In this document: positions 32,083 to 42,396 of the stretch, in pieces
Layout: each line of letters starts with the position of its first letter
Position numbering within the stretch: position 1 is the stretch's first letter
From: Candidatus Acidiferrales bacterium
GTDB taxonomy: Bacteria; Acidobacteriota; Terriglobia; Acidiferrales; UBA7541
Direction: 5' to 3'
Assembly (NCBI GenBank): GCA_963726725.1
Contig: CAVSDV010000023.1
Span: 15,203 to 79,202 of the forward strand
DNA: 64,000 bases
Made by a program: the position numbers and the translations under genes
Notes under the pieces: model-generated
The model's input: only the letters and a program-made list of their open reading frames with translations
The model's database searches: none
What the model was told of the DNA's origin: nothing

Positions 32083-32772
32083 ATGCACTCAGGAATTGCT
32101 GCTGTATCGACCAGCTTGCGATCACAATTTCTCGATGGATTGATTCCTGATCATCGCAAGAAAATCTTGGCAGCTGCAACACCACGCCGATTCTTCGCCA
32201 ATTCTGTGGTCACAAACCAAAGCCACTCTGCCGACCATTTTTTCCTGTTGACGAAAGGACTCGTCAGAGCCTTCTTCGTTGTAGAAGAGGGCAGGAAGCT
32301 TCTCTTTCAGTGGCTTGGCCCAGGAGATCTATTCGGCGGTCGGACGGTTCTGTCGGAGCATTGTGCTTATCTCTTCAGCACAGAAGCAGTAACGGACAGC
32401 TCGGTGTTGGTGTGGGATCGCCCCACAATCCGGGATCTTGTCGTGCGGTATCCCAGGTTGCTGGAGAACGTACTGTCAACTGCGTCAGACTACGTGGCTT
32501 GGCATCTCGCCTCTCACATCGGTTTAGCTTGCCACACCTCTCGACAGCGGGTTGCTCATGTACTCGTTACTCTTGCCCGGACTATCGGTAAGGAGGTTGC
32601 GGGTGGTACTGCACTCCAGATCACAAACGAGGAGTTGGCTAACGCCGCGAACGTCACGCCTTTCACTGCTAGCCGCCTAATGAGCAAGTGGCAACGTGAC
32701 CGCGCCTTAGTAAAGCGTCGCGGCAAGGTTCTGCTCCGATCACCTGAACGGCTGTTCTTGCGTACGATGTAA
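32083..32772 (+). CDS. Crp/Fnr-family regulator
   Basis: cNMP-type domain (GPGDLFGG, STEAVTDS), ITNEELANAANVTPFTASRLMSKW HTH; GGAG RBS. Confidence 0.88.
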   Translation: MHSGIAAVSTSLRSQFLDGLIPDHRKKILAAATPRRFFANSVVTNQSHSADHFFLLTKGLVRAFFVVEEGRKLLFQWLGPGDLFGGRTVLSEHCAYLFSTEAVTDSSVLVWDRPTIRDLVVRYPRLLENVLSTASDYVAWHLASHIGLACHTSRQRVAHVLVTLARTIGKEVAGGTALQITNEELANAANVTPFTASRLMSKWQRDRALVKRRGKVLLRSPERLFLRTM

Positions 32773-33137
32773 CTGCGGCTCGATTGCCATTCTGGGTTCC
32801 CGTTGCTGTTCCATCCCGTAATTGTTCCCAGAGCAAGTTCAAGGCTGCTTGGAGGCAACCACGGTATTAATCCCGCGTGTGACGCTTTTACTGCAGCAAT
32901 TAGTTTGACGCGATCAGTTCGTCAATTTGGCCGGGAACTGCAAGCAGGCGGAGGCCATCAGCAATCAGCCCTGTAACCGACAAGTGCCGTAGCAGGTTGT
33001 CAGCCTACTCTCTTCTCTCTCCTGTCCTCACGCCCAGGTTACTATTTAGGATCTATCCTCGCGACAATTCATTGTCCTGCCGCACCCAACATTTATGATG
33101 GACACGTATTCCCTCATGGAGCCTTTGCGAGGTTCAA

Positions 33138-33638
33138 ATGATAAAACACCTTTGGATCTTACCGTGCGCGTTGCTGGCTATTCCAGCACTGTGTGCTGGT
33201 CAGGACGTACAGCCCAAGCCTGTTTCCAAGAAGAGTTCTACCGCCTCCGCAAAGTCCACAAAGTCCGCAAGCGCCGCACCTTCTAAGCCGGTGGAGCAAT
33301 CCACCAAAAGTGCATACGCTGAACTGACCATTGGTGAGTTGATTGCTGAGGACCCCAATCGCTGGTCCGACAAAATGTCTGCGCATGCGGCAGTCGGTGG
33401 ATTCGTCACTCAGGTGGCAAAAGGAAACGACGGCGACACTGACATTCGTATTTGCGAAAACCCCAAAATAGAGGGCATGGATCGCGCACGTTGCATTGTA
33501 GCCAAGTGCATACCCAAAATTCCTTGCGATGTGCCACAAGTCGGTAAGCCTATTACAGTGAAGGGCATCACCCGATACGACGCCAAAGTCGGCACTCACT
33601 GGTGGGAGATTCATCCCATTGAAGAAATAGAAAAATAG
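33138..33638 (+). CDS. Secreted OB-fold-like hypothetical protein
   Basis: Signal peptide, S/K linker, DGDTDI, GKPITVKG..RYD, WWEIHPI. Confidence 0.7.
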   Translation: MIKHLWILPCALLAIPALCAGQDVQPKPVSKKSSTASAKSTKSASAAPSKPVEQSTKSAYAELTIGELIAEDPNRWSDKMSAHAAVGGFVTQVAKGNDGDTDIRICENPKIEGMDRARCIVAKCIPKIPCDVPQVGKPITVKGITRYDAKVGTHWWEIHPIEEIEK

Positions 33639-33811
33639 CCGCAAGCAACGGAAATGTCTGCCGACACGGCCCGGCACAAGTGACGCGGTAGGGATGATCA
33701 TACGGGCGCGTCTACGCATACGGCTCCCACATTGGATGAGTGGCGAAGAAGCGAACCAGAGGATAAGGATGCAGATCGCGTGGGGCCGGAATCCACCGGG
33801 CGCAGATCCGT

Positions 33812-33931
33812 ATGAGCCGATCCCACACCGCAGGTCGTCAAGCTGTCGAAAGGGACAGATGGCAATGCCAATTTTGCGGTTCCTCGGACAGCCTGCGTGT
33901 CCATCATCAAGGATCACGCGGCAAGGGTGGC
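33812..33931 (+). pseudogene. Truncated HNH endonuclease, paralogue of 21073
   Basis: QAVERDRWQCQFCGSSDSLRVHHQGSRGKGG then cut off next to the rmlD stop. Confidence 0.8.
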
Positions 33932-33943
33932 AAAACATTGTCC

Positions 33944-34888
33944 CTACGAACTGCGCTCGAGTTCAAAAACAAGGTGTACTTGCGTCCGCCAGTGAGGCAA
34001 TTCGATTCCAAACGTTTGGCGAAGGCGGGAGTTCGAAAGAACGGAGTAAAGCGGGCGTGAAGCAGGGGTGGGATACTCAGACGTCGTAATCGGGATGATT
34101 TGCTTGGTTATGAGTGACCGCCCGCGTGTGGCTTTGTCAAACCACTCGATCGCTGGCGACAGTTGAGCGGCTTCCTCGAGGATGGCACGGGCGAAGTCGA
34201 ACCAGGTCGTCTCGCCAGCCGCAGTCAGGTGGTAAATTCCGCTGACGCGCGAGAATGAATTTGCTACGGAACTGCCTGGGCTCGTGAGTTGAGCCAGAAT
34301 CTTCACCGTCGCCTCCGCAATATCCCGGCTCCAGGTCGGTGTCCCAAATTGGTCGCGAACCACTCTTAACTCTTCCTTTTCGGTCGCCAAGCGTAAGATC
34401 GTCCGAAGAAAATTCCGGCCGCGGGCCGAGTAGACCCACGCCGTGCGAAAAATCAGGTGAGGAACACCCGCAGCGCAAACCGCCTGCTCGCCGGCGAGTT
34501 TTGTCTTTCCATATACATTGATCGGAGCAACTGAATCGGCCTCGTCGTAGGGCGTTCTTTTCGAGCCGTCGAAAACATAGTCCGTCGAGTAATGAATGAC
34601 TGCTGCACCAATCTTCTTCGCCTCCTCGGCGAGAATTCCGGGAGCGCTGGCATTGATTGCATAGGCGTCGGGTTCTTGCGCCTCCGCGACGTCCACGGCT
34701 GTGAATGCTGCAGCATTCACGATGAATTCCGGCCGGATCTCGCGCACCGCGCGCCGTATACTATCGGGATTGAGCAGATCCAGTTCCTGTCGATCGGGTG
34801 CAACGACCTCACCAATTTCCGGCAGCAGGCGCAGGAGTTCCGAACCGACCTGGCCTGTCCTTCCCGTGAGAAGAATCGTGCGTTTCAT
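33944..34888 (-). CDS. rmlD: dTDP-4-dehydrorhamnose reductase
   Basis: GRTGQVG, NAAAFTAVD, STDYVFDG, YGKTK, DQFGTPT. Confidence 0.95.
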   Translation of the reverse strand: MKRTILLTGRTGQVGSELLRLLPEIGEVVAPDRQELDLLNPDSIRRAVREIRPEFIVNAAAFTAVDVAEAQEPDAYAINASAPGILAEEAKKIGAAVIHYSTDYVFDGSKRTPYDEADSVAPINVYGKTKLAGEQAVCAAGVPHLIFRTAWVYSARGRNFLRTILRLATEKEELRVVRDQFGTPTWSRDIAEATVKILAQLTSPGSSVANSFSRVSGIYHLTAAGETTWFDFARAILEEAAQLSPAIEWFDKATRGRSLITKQIIPITTSEYPTPASRPLYSVLSNSRLRQTFGIELPHWRTQVHLVFELERSS

Positions 34889-35448
34889 TTGCCGACATAC
34901 TCCGGCAAAAGCTCCCGGGGCATTTGCGACAGTCTCAGACAGTTCGCGTCCTTTTCAGAAACGATGGGGTCCGTGTCCCCCCACAAAATGTTCAGCTCGG
35001 GATCGCTCCAGAGAATCCCGAGTTCATCGCTGGGGTCATAGAAATCACTACATTTGTAGAGAAACTGGACGGTATCGGTCAGAGCCAGGAATCCATGTGC
35101 AAACCCGGCTGGAATATAAATTTGATTCTGTTCCTTTGCGGAGAGTCGAACGCTGGTCCACTTTCTGAATTGAGGAGAACCGACCCGGATGTCGACGGCA
35201 ACGTCCAGAGCTTCCCCTTCCACCACCCGGCACAGCTTCGCCTGTGGATGTCGTAACTGGTAATGGAGTCCGCGCAGTGTTCTGCGGGAGGAACACGAAT
35301 GATTGTCTTGAACGAAGCGATCGACGATGCCAATCTCCGCGAGTTTAGCCTGGTGGTAAGTTTCAAGGAAAAAACCGCGTTTATCGCGAAACACTCTGGG
35401 CCGTAGCTCAAGAACGCCAGGGAGTGAGGTCTCTCGTTGCTCCATCAC
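34885..35448 (-). CDS. rmlC: dTDP-4-dehydrorhamnose 3,5-epimerase
   Basis: DKRGFFLE, FVQDNHS, LRGLHYQ, AVDIR, PAGFAHGF, YKC. Confidence 0.95.
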   Translation of the reverse strand: MMEQRETSLPGVLELRPRVFRDKRGFFLETYHQAKLAEIGIVDRFVQDNHSCSSRRTLRGLHYQLRHPQAKLCRVVEGEALDVAVDIRVGSPQFRKWTSVRLSAKEQNQIYIPAGFAHGFLALTDTVQFLYKCSDFYDPSDELGILWSDPELNILWGDTDPIVSEKDANCLRLSQMPRELLPEYVGK

Positions 35449-35538
35449 CTGCTATTTCCTGTTCTCGGACGTCGTGCGCGCGTTTGCAGTGTCATGAACT
35501 GGTATTCTGAGGAATAATCTCAAGATGCTCCCGAAAGC

Positions 35539-36592
35539 CTATCGAGATGCCTGTGATTCCGGCCGGGCAATCGCGTCCAGAGAATGATCGCGGTTCTCGT
35601 AGTATTTTTCATAATAGCTGCGGTATTCTCCCGCTCTGACATCGTCGAGCCACTTCTGGTTACTGCCGTACCACTCAATCGTCTGGCGCAGGCCGTCGTC
35701 CAGGGAGATCTCAGGCTTCCAGCCCAACTCCGTCTCGATTTTATTGCAAGTCAATGCATAGCGGCGATCGTGTCCCGGACGATCCTTAACGTAAGAAATC
35801 AACGCTTCTGGTTTTCGAGTTAATCGAAGCAGTTCTCTCACAAGGGAAAGATTTTCCGTAACGTCGAGTCCACCGATATTGTAGACCTCTCCGAGCTTTC
35901 CACTTTCGAGCACGGTTAGAATGCCACGACAATTATCTTCCACGTGCAGCCAATCGCGCTGCTGCCTGCCGTCGCCATAAATGGGTAAAGGCTTGTCCTG
36001 GAACGCATTCGTGATCATCAGCGGCAAAAGCTTTTCAGGAAATTGATACGGGCCGTAGTTGTTCGACGACCGTGTGATCATGGCCGGAAGACCATAGGTC
36101 CGAACGTAGGAGAGGACCAGGAGATCCGCGCCAGCTTTTGAGGCCGAGTACGGGCTGCTCGGGCGAAGGGGAAACGCTTCGTCGGCAAAGGTATTTGGTG
36201 GGATGTCGCCGTAGACTTCGTCCGTGGAGACGTGCACGAGGCGGGATATGGAGAGCTTACGTGAGACTTCCAGAAGAACGAACGTGCCGGTTATGTTCGT
36301 CTGAATTACGGGCGACGGCTCATAAATGCTGCGGTCCACATGGGACTCGGCCGCAAAATGAACCACGGCGTCGCAACCGCGCATGGCCGCTTCGAGCGCC
36401 GGCGCATCACAGATGTCACCTCGCACAAACGTGTAGTCCGGATGCTTCGCGACCGCTTCGAGATTCGCGAGGTTCCCGGCGTATGTCAACTTGTCATAGT
36501 TGACGACGGCGTATCGCTTCCCTAGATGCAAGAACGTAGCGAATGAAATTGGAACCGATGAATCCCGCGCCGCCGGTCACTAGAATCTTCAC
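35539..36592 (-). CDS. rmlB: dTDP-glucose 4,6-dehydratase, one frameshift near 36530
   Basis: GTG 36592 VKILVTGGAGFIGSNF in a separate frame; DKLTYAGN, AAESHVDRSI, STDEVYG, PYSASK, DRPGHDRRY. Confidence 0.92.
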
Positions 36593-37362
36593 GAGTTAAC
36601 CTTCCGAGCGGCAGTGGCTACGCCGGATTCAGCGCTAACTTTGTTGGCGCCAGTCTGGGCCACCAAGTTATTGGCTCGCAGGAGTGATTCAAATGTCCCG
36701 GCGTCGGTCCACCACCCATCGAGAGTTTCGTAGGTCAAAGTTCCTTCCTGAACATAGAAGTTATTGACGTCCGTGATCTCCAGCTCTCCGCGGCCCGAGG
36801 GTTTCAAGCGCTTGATTTTCTCGAACACAGTGTTGTCGTACAGATAGACTCCGATGACGGCATAATTTGACTTCGGAGTCTTGGGCTTTTCTTCAATACC
36901 GACAACGTAATTCCCTCGAATTTCTGCGACGCCAAACCTCTCTGCATCGGTGACTTCCTTCAGGAGGATTTTCGCACCGCACGCTTGCCGTTTGAATGCT
37001 TCCACGGCTCTGCATATGTTCATTTCGATGATGTTGTCGCCAAGGACGACACAAATAGGATTGCCGTCGGCAAAATCTTCTGCCAAGCCAAGCGCTTCCG
37101 CGATACCGCCCTCTCCTTCCTGGTAGGTGTAGTTCAGATGTTTCAGGCCAAAGGCACGCCCATTCCCAAGAAGTCGCAGAAAATCCCCGGCGTTCTTTCC
37201 GCCTGTCACCAAAAGGATTTCCTCGATGCCAGCATTTACGAGCGTCTGAATCGGGTAGTACACCATCGGCTTGTCGTAAACCGGAAGCAGGTGCTTATTC
37301 GTGACCCGAGTGAGCGGATTAAGCCGGCTGCCCGTCCCGCCAGCTAGTACGACACCCTTCAT
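36589..37362 (-). CDS. rmlA: Glucose-1-phosphate thymidylyltransferase (short SpsI-like form)
   Basis: MKGVVLAGGTGSRL, KHLLPVYDKPM, LGDN, EEKP, RGELEITD, WTDAGT. Confidence 0.9.
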   Translation of the reverse strand: MKGVVLAGGTGSRLNPLTRVTNKHLLPVYDKPMVYYPIQTLVNAGIEEILLVTGGKNAGDFLRLLGNGRAFGLKHLNYTYQEGEGGIAEALGLAEDFADGNPICVVLGDNIIEMNICRAVEAFKRQACGAKILLKEVTDAERFGVAEIRGNYVVGIEEKPKTPKSNYAVIGVYLYDNTVFEKIKRLKPSGRGELEITDVNNFYVQEGTLTYETLDGWWTDAGTFESLLRANNLVAQTGANKVSAESGVATAARKVNS

Positions 37363-37795
37363 ATTTCCTCCCAATTGGAAAATTGCAGTTGGCCGGTGAG
37401 GATCAGAAAAGCTTATCACATGCATCGGCCGCCTCCCGCAAACCGGTCTAATCACGCCGGCCACCTTGCCTTAACCGGGAATTTGAAGACGCCAACTATT
37501 AGACTGGATATGATTGTCTGGCCTTGAGATTAGACGAGGTGTTCCAAGATTAGCAAGCCGATAGGCTCATGAATTCATTGATTCGCCCAGCGGATCTCTC
37601 CTCGTCCAAGGTTTCAGGCCCTGCGATGCCATGCACGCGTTTCAATCACGGGAATCATAACTTCAGGGCTTCCTAGGAAATTAGATACGCCCGGAAATTC
37701 GCTACTGTCAGCGCCGGTGCGATGGTATCCCTCGCAGAATGTGGGATGCGACTAAGAGTATCTTCGCTGGCCTCGGGGGGAGCCGTGGATAACTC

Positions 37796-37971
37796 GCACA
37801 ATACGGAGTGACCGGCGGAGCAATGATGGAGCCGTGTTTCTACAGTGTGGCTCGGTGGATGTGGCGCTGGGCTGGTCGCTGCGCTATTCGCATTCGCCGG
37901 GGGAAGTGATCGATACGAAGGGGTCTGGGCGCCTTGAGCAAGATTGTAGAGATGTTGGTCGGCGGAAAAGT
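37796..37971 (+). repeat. Copy 3 of M42 gene 3' end (most degraded, no shared downstream)
   Basis: AQYGVTGG...GSVDVALGWSLRYSHSPGEVIDTK...LSKIVEML. Confidence 0.9.
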
Positions 37972-38170
37972 ACCGCGTTATCTAACTTGAATGTTAGGCA
38001 TGCCAAGGCTATTTGGGGAGCTATTTCTATTCCCTATTTTCCAGGTTTCTCACCAAACCGTCTGAACAAACGGTAAAAACGCAAGCAATCCTCGATGGAG
38101 ATGAGGATTGCCGCTCAAGAGCAAGAGCTCAGCGCCAAGAAGAGTTCAATTGTCTTCGAAAAATTGCCGT

Positions 38171-38323
38171 GGCAGAGCCTATGCCATGCAAGGCGACACC
38201 GCCAAAGCCAAGGCGGCCTATCAAGATTTCCTCACGCTCTGGAAAGACGCTGACCCTGACATTCCTATTTTCATCGCTGCCAAGGCGGAGTACGCGAAGC
38301 TCAATAGTCCCGATGCGAGTTAG
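38171..38323 (+). pseudogene. C-terminal TPR fragment typical of acidobacterial Ser/Thr kinases
   Basis: [44 protein letters not shown]. Confidence 0.7.
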
Positions 38324-38490
38324 CCAAGTTGTCAGTGGACGATTAAGAGCCTTTCCACGCCGGTCGGCGTCAAGAGATAGGAAAAGTCAGGAGGCGAAGA
38401 CACCCACCCGGAAAGCTGGAATAATGTCTGCGAGCGAACCCTTGATCTCAAACCTGGACCAGCTCCATTCTCCTCGTTCAGGAGTACCAA

Positions 38491-38859
38491 ATGATTGACG
38501 ACCTCTATGATCTCATCGGCGGAAGACAAACTGTCTGGGCGGCTACCGAATCCTTCTATCGAAGAGTTTTGGCCGATGAGAGTGTCAGTCACTTCTTCAA
38601 GAGTGCCGATATGGCGCACCTGCGCGCTGGGCAAAGTATGTTTATCTCCATGCTCCTCGGCGGACGCGTCGTATATACAGGCAAAGATATTACCGCCGCC
38701 CATGCGCAATCGCGGGAGCAAGGGTTGAACGACATTCACTTCGACGCTTTCCTCAAGCACTTTCGCGCGGCGCTGGAAGAGGTAGGCGTCAAGGCTAATA
38801 GGGCGGAGAAAGTCATGAAACTCCTGGAAAGCAAGCGCGGCGCAGTCCTGAATCGCTGA
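38491..38859 (+). CDS. Group I truncated haemoglobin
   Basis: LYDLIGG, FYRRVLAD, LGG..YTGKD..AAH, HFDAFLKH; AGGAG RBS. Confidence 0.9.
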   Translation: MIDDLYDLIGGRQTVWAATESFYRRVLADESVSHFFKSADMAHLRAGQSMFISMLLGGRVVYTGKDITAAHAQSREQGLNDIHFDAFLKHFRAALEEVGVKANRAEKVMKLLESKRGAVLNR

Positions 38860-39303
38860 AATCGTTTCCCTCGTCGGACATCTGCCTAGTTGATTTTGGG
38901 GGTCAATTCCACTTCTCCGCGTTAATCAGACGTTGGCCTCAACTTGGAAGTTCGATGACTTCAACTGTCAATTTGAACGCCGTGGTGTGTGCCGATTTTT
39001 TTGTGTGGCGTGAGGGAAGTGTGGTGGCCGCTCGATACTCTCGTCGGGGCTCACCGCGAAGTCCGGGCAGGCGGGGCAAGCGCGGACACAAATGCGACGA
39101 GGAACGAGTTAGACGCAGAGCCCACCCTTCAAAAAACAAAACCTGCAAGGGTAGGCCAGCGCAAATCGCCTTAGCGTCTTAAGCGTGCGCCACCCGACCG
39201 GACGCCAGAAGCAGTGGAACAGGGCTATTGGGAATATTGGTGCGCCAATTTCTGGTAAAGCCATCAACGAGCCAAATTTGAAAAGGCCCTTCATAAGCCT
39301 GAG

Positions 39304-39597
39304 TTACTGGAGGTGACTTGTTCGATTGCTGACGACTTCAGAATTTTTGTTGGGGGTGACGCTGACGATTGTCACTAGTTTTCGCGGACTTGCATTCGTC
39401 AGTTGCGTCTCTTGTTTTGAGATTTGAAAGTCATAGGTGGTCTTCGAAGACCCATTGGAGACGAAAGCAAGAAAATATTCGTTATCGAAGCGGTGGAACA
39501 CGAGCCTTACCCGTCCGTCCGCTTCCGTGTGCATTTGGGAAGGCCCTACCCTTTCGAGCGCTGAAGTATGATCCTCACGATTGTATACATTGAGCAT
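39304..39597 (-). pseudogene. Fragment of secreted hypothetical protein
   Basis: RLVFHRFDNEYFLAFV motif; no signal peptide or N-terminus. Confidence 0.45.
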
Positions 39598-39925
39598 GAA
39601 GGACGATTGGTCGCTACCCGACTAAAGGTCTTTTTGGCCTCGAAACAGTTTCGCCAACCACTACGACGCAAGCTATGCAAATTTACAAAGTAGTTGTATG
39701 AGGAAATTCGCCAAGAAGCTGCTCTTCAGGGTGACGAATTTGGTCTAGTCATAAATGTAGTCTGGGGCGATTTCTATGCCCGACGCTGACGAGGCGGCGC
39801 GGGGCAGGCGCCAGCCGGGTTGCGGCCGCGAATTCCTCCGGGCTGCGATAGCCGAGGGTGCTGTGGGGACCTCTCAGCGCCGCATTCGTCTTTTCAGTGT
39901 ACTAATCCAATAACTAGTCATGTAG

Positions 39926-41290
39926 TTATACGTATTCGGCTTGCGACGCTTGCGGGATGATATTTTGGTTCAGGTGAAAGAAATTCTCAGGGTCGTACTT
40001 CGCTTTCAGGCTTGCTAGCTTCTCATACTTCTTTGCGCCGTAAGCCGCACGGACCCTCGCTTGTCCTTCGTCCGCTCCTAGATGATTCGCGTACACTGCC
40101 GAAGAAACGAACGGCTGGGACGCGCTCCATACCTCGCGGGCCCAGCGCATATTTTCCTCATCCCTATCAGCATCCGACCAGTGCGCGATAATGGAGAGTT
40201 CAAATCCTGCATCTCGATGATCAAATGCCATCACATCCTTGGGAGCCCGCTTGATTGCGCCTTTGATTTCAAACAGAAGAATCATCGAATGCGGCGAAGG
40301 CATCGCTGTGGCGCCCTCACTCAACACACGAGCGAAATCGGGATCAAGTTCGTCGGCAAAGTTTGATTTCCAGTAGTAGCGGTCCCCGATCGGAACCGCA
40401 TTGTCGAGCATGCTCTGGACCGCCGTGTAAGGCATGCTCTGAATCAGGTCTGCTACCGGCGGTCCAAATCTCCGAAGCGGCTCAAGAACGCGCTGCCCCT
40501 CAATTGCCGACCCAGCATACACCGCAATAATACCCACCAGTGGCGCACCTTCCGGTGAGTTGAGAAACCCGACGGTCGTATCAAGTTCGTCGGGAGAGTT
40601 GGAAAGAAACTCTCGGTGGAAAGCAATCAGCTCGGCTGCACGTTCTCGCGGGTGCAACAGCATTCCCGCAAAGACCTCACCCAACGGATGCAGGCGGTAT
40701 CGGAAGGACGTTACCACGCCGAAATTTGCTCCGGCGCCACGGATCGCCCAGAACAAATCCCGGTTCACTTCTTCACTGGCCGTGAGCATTTCGCCGTCCG
40801 CAGTCACTATGTCCACGGACAGCAGGTTGTCGCACGTGGCGCCGTGTTTCCCCATCAAATAACCAAGCCCGCCCCCGAGCGTCAATCCGGCAATTCCCGT
40901 GTGGGAAACTTGCCCTCCCGTCGTCGCCAGACCGTGCGCCTGAGTCGCGCGATCGAACTCGCCCCACAGCAGACCAGCCGCCGCAGTCGCCTCTCGCGCA
41001 ATTGGATCGACGCTAATCTGTTTCATCAATGAAAGATCCAGCATCATTCCGCCGTCGCAGACTGCGTTTCCCGCCACGCCATGCCCGCCGCCCCGCACAC
41101 TGATCGTCATCCGTTCGGCGCGCGCCAACTTCACGCCTGCACGCACGTCGGCAGCAGACGCACATCGCGCAATCAGTGCCGGCTTCTTATCGATCATGCC
41201 GTTCCAAATTCGGCGCGTCACCGCGTACTCATCATCTGCTTGTGTTAGGAGTCGACCTTCGAAGTGGCTCTTCCAATGGCTATAGTCCAT
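39926..41290 (-). CDS. FAD-linked oxidoreductase (BBE/6-hydroxy-D-nicotine oxidase family)
   Basis: VRGGGHG, GLTLGGGLG, DLFWAIRGAGANFGVVT, KAKYDPENFF. Confidence 0.92.
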   Translation of the reverse strand: MDYSHWKSHFEGRLLTQADDEYAVTRRIWNGMIDKKPALIARCASAADVRAGVKLARAERMTISVRGGGHGVAGNAVCDGGMMLDLSLMKQISVDPIAREATAAAGLLWGEFDRATQAHGLATTGGQVSHTGIAGLTLGGGLGYLMGKHGATCDNLLSVDIVTADGEMLTASEEVNRDLFWAIRGAGANFGVVTSFRYRLHPLGEVFAGMLLHPRERAAELIAFHREFLSNSPDELDTTVGFLNSPEGAPLVGIIAVYAGSAIEGQRVLEPLRRFGPPVADLIQSMPYTAVQSMLDNAVPIGDRYYWKSNFADELDPDFARVLSEGATAMPSPHSMILLFEIKGAIKRAPKDVMAFDHRDAGFELSIIAHWSDADRDEENMRWAREVWSASQPFVSSAVYANHLGADEGQARVRAAYGAKKYEKLASLKAKYDPENFFHLNQNIIPQASQAEYV

Positions 41291-41394
41291 TTGAGTCTCC
41301 GTCGCGGACCATCGGAAATGCAAAAGTTGGCTAATTATAGCTGGGAAAGTGACCGAAGCAAGTTTTTCGGACCCATTCAGGATGTCGGGTGTCG

Positions 41395-42396
41395 CTAAGC
41401 GTCGTGAACAAGTACCGCACGGTGCCGGACTCGTCCTTCCGTCAGCCGCACCAACACGCTGTTGATCTCATCGAACTTGTAAATCTCCAGCTTGGGTTTT
41501 ACCTTGCCCGCGGCCACCAGATTCAAGATGTCGACAAGATCGCCCGTGTCATTGTGCGCCGAGCCCAGAATTGCGGTTTGCTTGAACAGCATCTGTATCG
41601 GATCCGCCTGAATCGGTTCTGCGCTCGGCGCCGTCGTCACTAGCCTTCCCCCGGGACGAAGCCCTTCCATGGCTTCGCTGTTCTGCTTCATTGCGGGAGA
41701 GAAGGATAAAATCACGTCCGCTCCTCCCATCGCCTGCAGTTCCTTTCCTACATGGTTCTTCACCACCAGTACCTCGTCGGCTCCCATGTCTCGCGCGTCT
41801 TGGGCTTTGCCTGGCGTGTTGGTTATCGCCACAACCTCATGTCCCATCGATTTTGCGATTTGCAGCGCTATGTGACCTAGCCCGCCTATGCCTATGACGG
41901 CGACGCGTTCGCCAGGTTGTGGCTTCGCGATCTTGTAAGCACTCATTGCAGAAAAACCCCCGCAGAAAAGCGGCGCGGCAATGTCCCAAGCTATCTTGTC
42001 GGGTACCAGGGTGCAGCCGTCGGCCTCCGCTACCATGTACTCTGCGTAGCCGCCTCCGTTACTGATCCACGTCTTCGGCGACGCGCAAAACTTATACTTT
42101 TTCTTCTGGCAGTAAGCGCATCTGCCGCAACCGCCCTGAAACCAGGAGACACCCACACGATCTCCACGTCTCAGTGATCCCACCCCCGGCCCCACGGCGT
42201 CGACGGTTCCCACCGGCTCATGGCCCAGAACAATCGGTAACGGCACAGGCAATTCCCCACGCCATACGTGGATATCCGTGCCACACACGCCAGTGGCGTG
42301 CAGACGGATGCGTACTTGCCCCGGTCCTGGCTGCGGATCTGCTATCGCCTGCAACGAGAACGGCTGATTCACAGCCGTCATGAGCATCGCTTTCAT
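41395..42396 (-). CDS. Zinc-dependent alcohol dehydrogenase
   Basis: GVCGTD, GHEPVG, CGRCAYC...C, PLFCGG, GIGGLG. Confidence 0.92.
   Translation of the reverse strand: MKAMLMTAVNQPFSLQAIADPQPGPGQVRIRLHATGVCGTDIHVWRGELPVPLPIVLGHEPVGTVDAVGPGVGSLRRGDRVGVSWFQGGCGRCAYCQKKKYKFCASPKTWISNGGGYAEYMVAEADGCTLVPDKIAWDIAAPLFCGGFSAMSAYKIAKPQPGERVAVIGIGGLGHIALQIAKSMGHEVVAITNTPGKAQDARDMGADEVLVVKNHVGKELQAMGGADVILSFSPAMKQNSEAMEGLRPGGRLVTTAPSAEPIQADPIQMLFKQTAILGSAHNDTGDLVDILNLVAAGKVKPKLEIYKFDEINSVLVRLTEGRVRHRAVLVHDA

Noticed and set aside
33650-33667. GGAAATGTCTGCCGAC as a second EMICAD relic before HNH copy 2
   Set aside because: Too short and gapped to distinguish from chance.
39119-39200. CCCACCCTT...AAGGGTAGG REP-like hairpin
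   Set aside because: Single degenerate copy in the window; cannot be established as a repeat here.
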